The notes under the pieces were generated by a model, which saw nothing but the letters and a program-made list of their open reading frames with translations, was not told the origin of the DNA and made no database searches. From a candidate division WOR-3 bacterium (lineage in GTDB: Bacteria; Hydrothermota; Tepidihabitantia; Tepidihabitantales; Tepidihabitantaceae), in NCBI GenBank assembly GCA_039801365.1, contig JBDRUN010000003.1, forward strand, positions 2,146-66,145: 64,000 nt of DNA, given 5' to 3'. The translations under genes were made by a program, and so were the position numbers. Shown here piece by piece: positions 61,150-64,000 of the stretch. Each line of letters opens with the position of its first letter. Position 1 is the stretch's first letter.

Positions 61150-62112
61150 ATGCGAGGAATGATGAAATATATTGTTTCCATTGTGCTGGCATTGGGATTA
61201 TCTGCTCAAGGGCAAGTGAGTCTGGCAGGTGGGAGGCTCTCGGCCGATGCTCTTCTCTGGGTTAGCTGCCGTTGGCAGCAGGGTGAAAGGGGCGGTCTGC
61301 ATAACAGCCGGTTCGACTTCTATCGCCGGGCGATGTTTGTCGGTCTGAGCAGCCAGGTACATCCGGTCGCATCGCTGCGCATGTACTTCGACGCTGCCGG
61401 TGTATCACCCTACGACCTTTATTTGGACTTGCGATGGCCGAACGGCATCGGCTTGCGGGCGGGTCAGTTTGTCCCTCCGTTGGGGTTTGAGGCCTGGACA
61501 CCACCACGCGAACTGAGGTTTATTGAGTACTCGATTCTCGAACGTCACTGGAAACCTTGGGGTGGGAGAGACATTGGTGTGATGGCAAGCTACAAGACAG
61601 GGCTGTTCGAGTTGGCCGGAGCAGTCGTCAATGGCAACGGCCGGAACACGTGGGGAGACGAGAATGACTGGAAGGATGTATGCGGATGCGTCACGTTGAA
61701 GCCCCTGGCTCAGTACGGTCTGCAGTTCGCGTGTCGCGCATACGACGGGCGATACTACAAGGAGGGTGTCAGGTTCTGGAATGCGGCGGCCGAAGCTCTT
61801 TTTGAGCGCGGTCCGCTTCAGGTCCTCGCGGCTGGGCAACACGCTGTTTGGGGTAGTGTAATAAGGAATTCATTCCAGGTTCAAGCGGCCTGCGGATTTC
61901 TTCAGTTGTTGGAACCGGTTGGGCGAGTCGAAGTGGAACTGTTGTCGGAGGATAAGTACGTGCTGGGCGTGACTGGGGGAGTCAACCTTCTAGCGGCCGG
62001 AGACTTGCTTAAGGTCATGCTCAACTACTGCTACTCACGCCGGGCTTCGGTTTTGCCTGAGAACAGGGAAACTCAGCAGGTCCTCACACTGCAGGTTCAG
62101 GCCGCGATGTAG
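61150..62112 (+). CDS. Putative outer-membrane porin (phosphate-selective porin O/P-like)
   Basis: Signal peptide; GQFVPPLGFEAWTPPRELRFIEYS resembles the Porin_O_P motif (G.F.vPF..E......l.FiER); alternating beta-strand pattern. Confidence 0.4.
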   Translation: MRGMMKYIVSIVLALGLSAQGQVSLAGGRLSADALLWVSCRWQQGERGGLHNSRFDFYRRAMFVGLSSQVHPVASLRMYFDAAGVSPYDLYLDLRWPNGIGLRAGQFVPPLGFEAWTPPRELRFIEYSILERHWKPWGGRDIGVMASYKTGLFELAGAVVNGNGRNTWGDENDWKDVCGCVTLKPLAQYGLQFACRAYDGRYYKEGVRFWNAAAEALFERGPLQVLAAGQHAVWGSVIRNSFQVQAACGFLQLLEPVGRVEVELLSEDKYVLGVTGGVNLLAAGDLLKVMLNYCYSRRASVLPENRETQQVLTLQVQAAM

Positions 62113-62173
62113 CTTGAGCAGAAATGGATCGGCCGACTTGCTCCTGTGTCGATGCTAGTGGTGCTGCTTGGGA

Positions 62174-63283
62174 CTATGTTCTAGGGCTGCTGCGGAGGAT
62201 ATCCATCACCTTTTCCGCCGTTTTGTCCCAGCTGAACAGGCGGGCGCGGCGCATGCCAGCCTCGCGGCAGTGATTTCTCAGGACTCTGTTTTCTGCAAGC
62301 TCCACCATCCGTTGGACCAGCGACTCGACTGAGGTCGGGTCGAAGTATACAGCCGCATCACCACCTACCTCTGGCAGACTTGAGCAGTTGCTGGCCAAAA
62401 CCGGCGTGCCACAAGCCATAGCCTCTAGAACTGGCAGACCAAAACCTTCATAGACAGATGGTATCACCACATAGAGCGCACCACAGTACAGTGCGACCAA
62501 GTTCTCGACCGTTACGTAGTCCAGCAAGGAGACGCGATGCTCAATGTTCAGTCGGTGTACCTCGGACAGGATGTGGCGGTACCTCCAGCCCTTCTTCCCG
62601 GCTACGACGAGTTTGAAACGGGCTGGCAAACGGGCAAGCGCGCGGAAAAGAAGCGGGTAGTTCTTTCTGGGTTCGATAGTCCCCACTGCCAGAACGTATT
62701 CGTCCCCGATTCCCATTGCGCTTAAGCGATTCTGAACCTGGGGTAACGGCAGAGGCTGGAATATGGGGTCGGCGGCCTCTGGTACGACGGTGATGCGCGC
62801 CTCAGTCACTCCCAGTCTGGCAACGAGGTCGCGCTTAGTCTGTTCGGAGACTGTAATTATCGCGTCAGCGCGGGTGAGCGACTTCCGGAAATACAGCCGA
62901 TGAACTAGCGCGTTGTAGCGGGCCATCGAACGCGGATAGAGCACGGGGACGATGTCGTGGACAGTGAGAACACCCCTTATGCCGACCGGCAGTGACAGAG
63001 GGAGGAAGTGCGACGGCCCCCAGAAGCAGTCCGGCTTGTCATGTTTTAGTAGTCTCGTAGCTCGGGTCTGTAGCCAGAAGGTGCCCGGCAGCCGGGAACG
63101 GTCGGTGCGGAGGCGAAGCGGAAGTCTGCTTGTTGGCACGGTTGTCAGCGGTCGAGAGGCGTAAAGCAGAATCTCGTCATCTTGTTTGATTTCAGCGGGC
63201 AGGTGTTCAATGACTCGCGATAGATACCAGCCGATACCGGTGAGTCTGTGCCGCAGCGCGCCGGCGTCAACCCCTATTCTCAT
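62174..63283 (-). CDS. Glycosyltransferase family 4 (GT-B)
   Basis: YVVIPSVYEGFGLPVLEAMACGTPVL signature. Confidence 0.85.
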   Translation of the reverse strand: MRIGVDAGALRHRLTGIGWYLSRVIEHLPAEIKQDDEILLYASRPLTTVPTSRLPLRLRTDRSRLPGTFWLQTRATRLLKHDKPDCFWGPSHFLPLSLPVGIRGVLTVHDIVPVLYPRSMARYNALVHRLYFRKSLTRADAIITVSEQTKRDLVARLGVTEARITVVPEAADPIFQPLPLPQVQNRLSAMGIGDEYVLAVGTIEPRKNYPLLFRALARLPARFKLVVAGKKGWRYRHILSEVHRLNIEHRVSLLDYVTVENLVALYCGALYVVIPSVYEGFGLPVLEAMACGTPVLASNCSSLPEVGGDAAVYFDPTSVESLVQRMVELAENRVLRNHCREAGMRRARLFSWDKTAEKVMDILRSSPRT

Positions 63284-63307
63284 ACTGTATTCCTGGATGT
63301 TTGCGGG

Positions 63308-64000
63308 CTATACACGGAGTCGGCGTTGACTCAGCTTTTCCTTGATGGTTACTGCGGTAAGCACTGCCCATCCTACAGGCGCAGGGTACCGTCTCAGGTA
63401 GTGCTTGCGGTAGAACACGCGCATAGCTTCGTAGAATGCATGGTGAGCACGCAGTCGATCCGAAGTCGAGGCAGCAGATTGTCCAGCGGTACTGTGTTTG
63501 ATGCCCGATGACAACCCTTTGAGGTGTATTATCGAGACCTCGGGGTGATAGACGACCTTCCAGCCAGCCTGTTTGATACGCATCGCCCAATCAATATCCT
63601 CTCCGTACATGAAGAAGGTTTCATCGAGCAGTCCAACCTGGTCGAGTACGGCTCGGCGGACAAGAAAGAAGCAGCCACTCGGTGAATCTATCTCATGTGT
63701 CGTATTCAGGTCCTTGTAGGTGAGATGATATCCACCGAAAAACCGGGACCGCGGTAGAATACGGTCCAGTCCAAGAAAATAGCAAAATGATGCCCAGGGA
63801 GTTGGGAAGCCCCGGTGACAGGCTTGGTCAAGGCTACCGTCGGCCAGGTTGACGCGACAGGTTGCTGCCCCGACTCCTGGAGAACTTTCCATGTACTGCA
63901 ACATGGCTGGCAGTACCTCTTCCGGTACCCGGGTGTCAGGGTTCAGCAGCAGCACGTAGCGCCCTCTTGCAGTTCGTATGCCCAGGTTGTTGCCGGCTGC
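63308..64000 (-). CDS. Glycosyltransferase family 2, C-terminal part; N-terminus beyond window end
   Basis: Reading frame stays open to the window edge (…AAGNNLGIRTARGRYVLLLNPDTRV…), the GT2 DxD region. Confidence 0.7.
   Translation of the reverse strand, partial: AAGNNLGIRTARGRYVLLLNPDTRVPEEVLPAMLQYMESSPGVGAATCRVNLADGSLDQACHRGFPTPWASFCYFLGLDRILPRSRFFGGYHLTYKDLNTTHEIDSPSGCFFLVRRAVLDQVGLLDETFFMYGEDIDWAMRIKQAGWKVVYHPEVSIIHLKGLSSGIKHSTAGQSAASTSDRLRAHHAFYEAMRVFYRKHYLRRYPAPVGWAVLTAVTIKEKLSQRRLRV

Overview
High-GC bacterial chromosomal window, probably from an uncultured anaerobe of the FCB superphylum or a related candidate division. That placement is inferred from three T9SS C-terminal-domain proteins, a C25 gingipain-like peptidase, 2-oxoacid:ferredoxin oxidoreductase, HypC and DUF362.

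The first 13.5 kb is the conserved transcription/translation cluster: tuf (3' part), rpmG, tRNA-Trp, secE, nusG, rplK, rplA, rplJ, rplL, rpoB, rpoC, rpsL, rpsG. There is no fusA or second tuf after rpsG; instead a convergent pgeF/yfiH-like gene follows, then recJ.

The rest is mixed housekeeping and accessory content:
- a GT-C/TPR membrane glycosyltransferase;
- a secreted phage-tail-fibre-like protein;
- an RNase P RNA gene hidden under spurious ORFs;
- a C25 peptidase plus two further T9SS-CTD proteins;
- carbamate kinase, two four-helix-bundle (23S-rRNA-IVS/Avd-like) genes, hypC, a usp gene, an EIIA(Ntr)-ArsB/NhaD permease fusion, a DegT aminotransferase and uvrB;
- a DUF4258/DUF2283 toxin-antitoxin-like pair with an in-frame TGA in the toxin;
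- a retropepsin-like protease, DUF362, acyl-CoA dehydrogenase, korA plus a korB-korC fusion, purB and htrA;
- an endonuclease/exonuclease/phosphatase-family (EEP) protein;
- polA embedded in a surface-polysaccharide locus (rmlA-like, wecB, Wzz/GumC, Wzx, Wzy/ligase, GT4, GT4, GT2).

The most unusual signal is not a gene cassette. It is a genome-wide set of STRR-like short tandem repeats (octamer GGGTTCNA, heptamers CAGATTG and CCAATAG/GGCAATG, (GACA)9, GGTCGGC) and ~54-nt imperfect palindromes. These sit in intergenic DNA and as in-frame insertions inside conserved genes (pgeF, arcC three times, uvrB, the GT-C/TPR gene), inside RNase P RNA, and as inverted arrays flanking both four-helix-bundle genes. 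No CRISPR array, reverse transcriptase or canonical defence operon was found.
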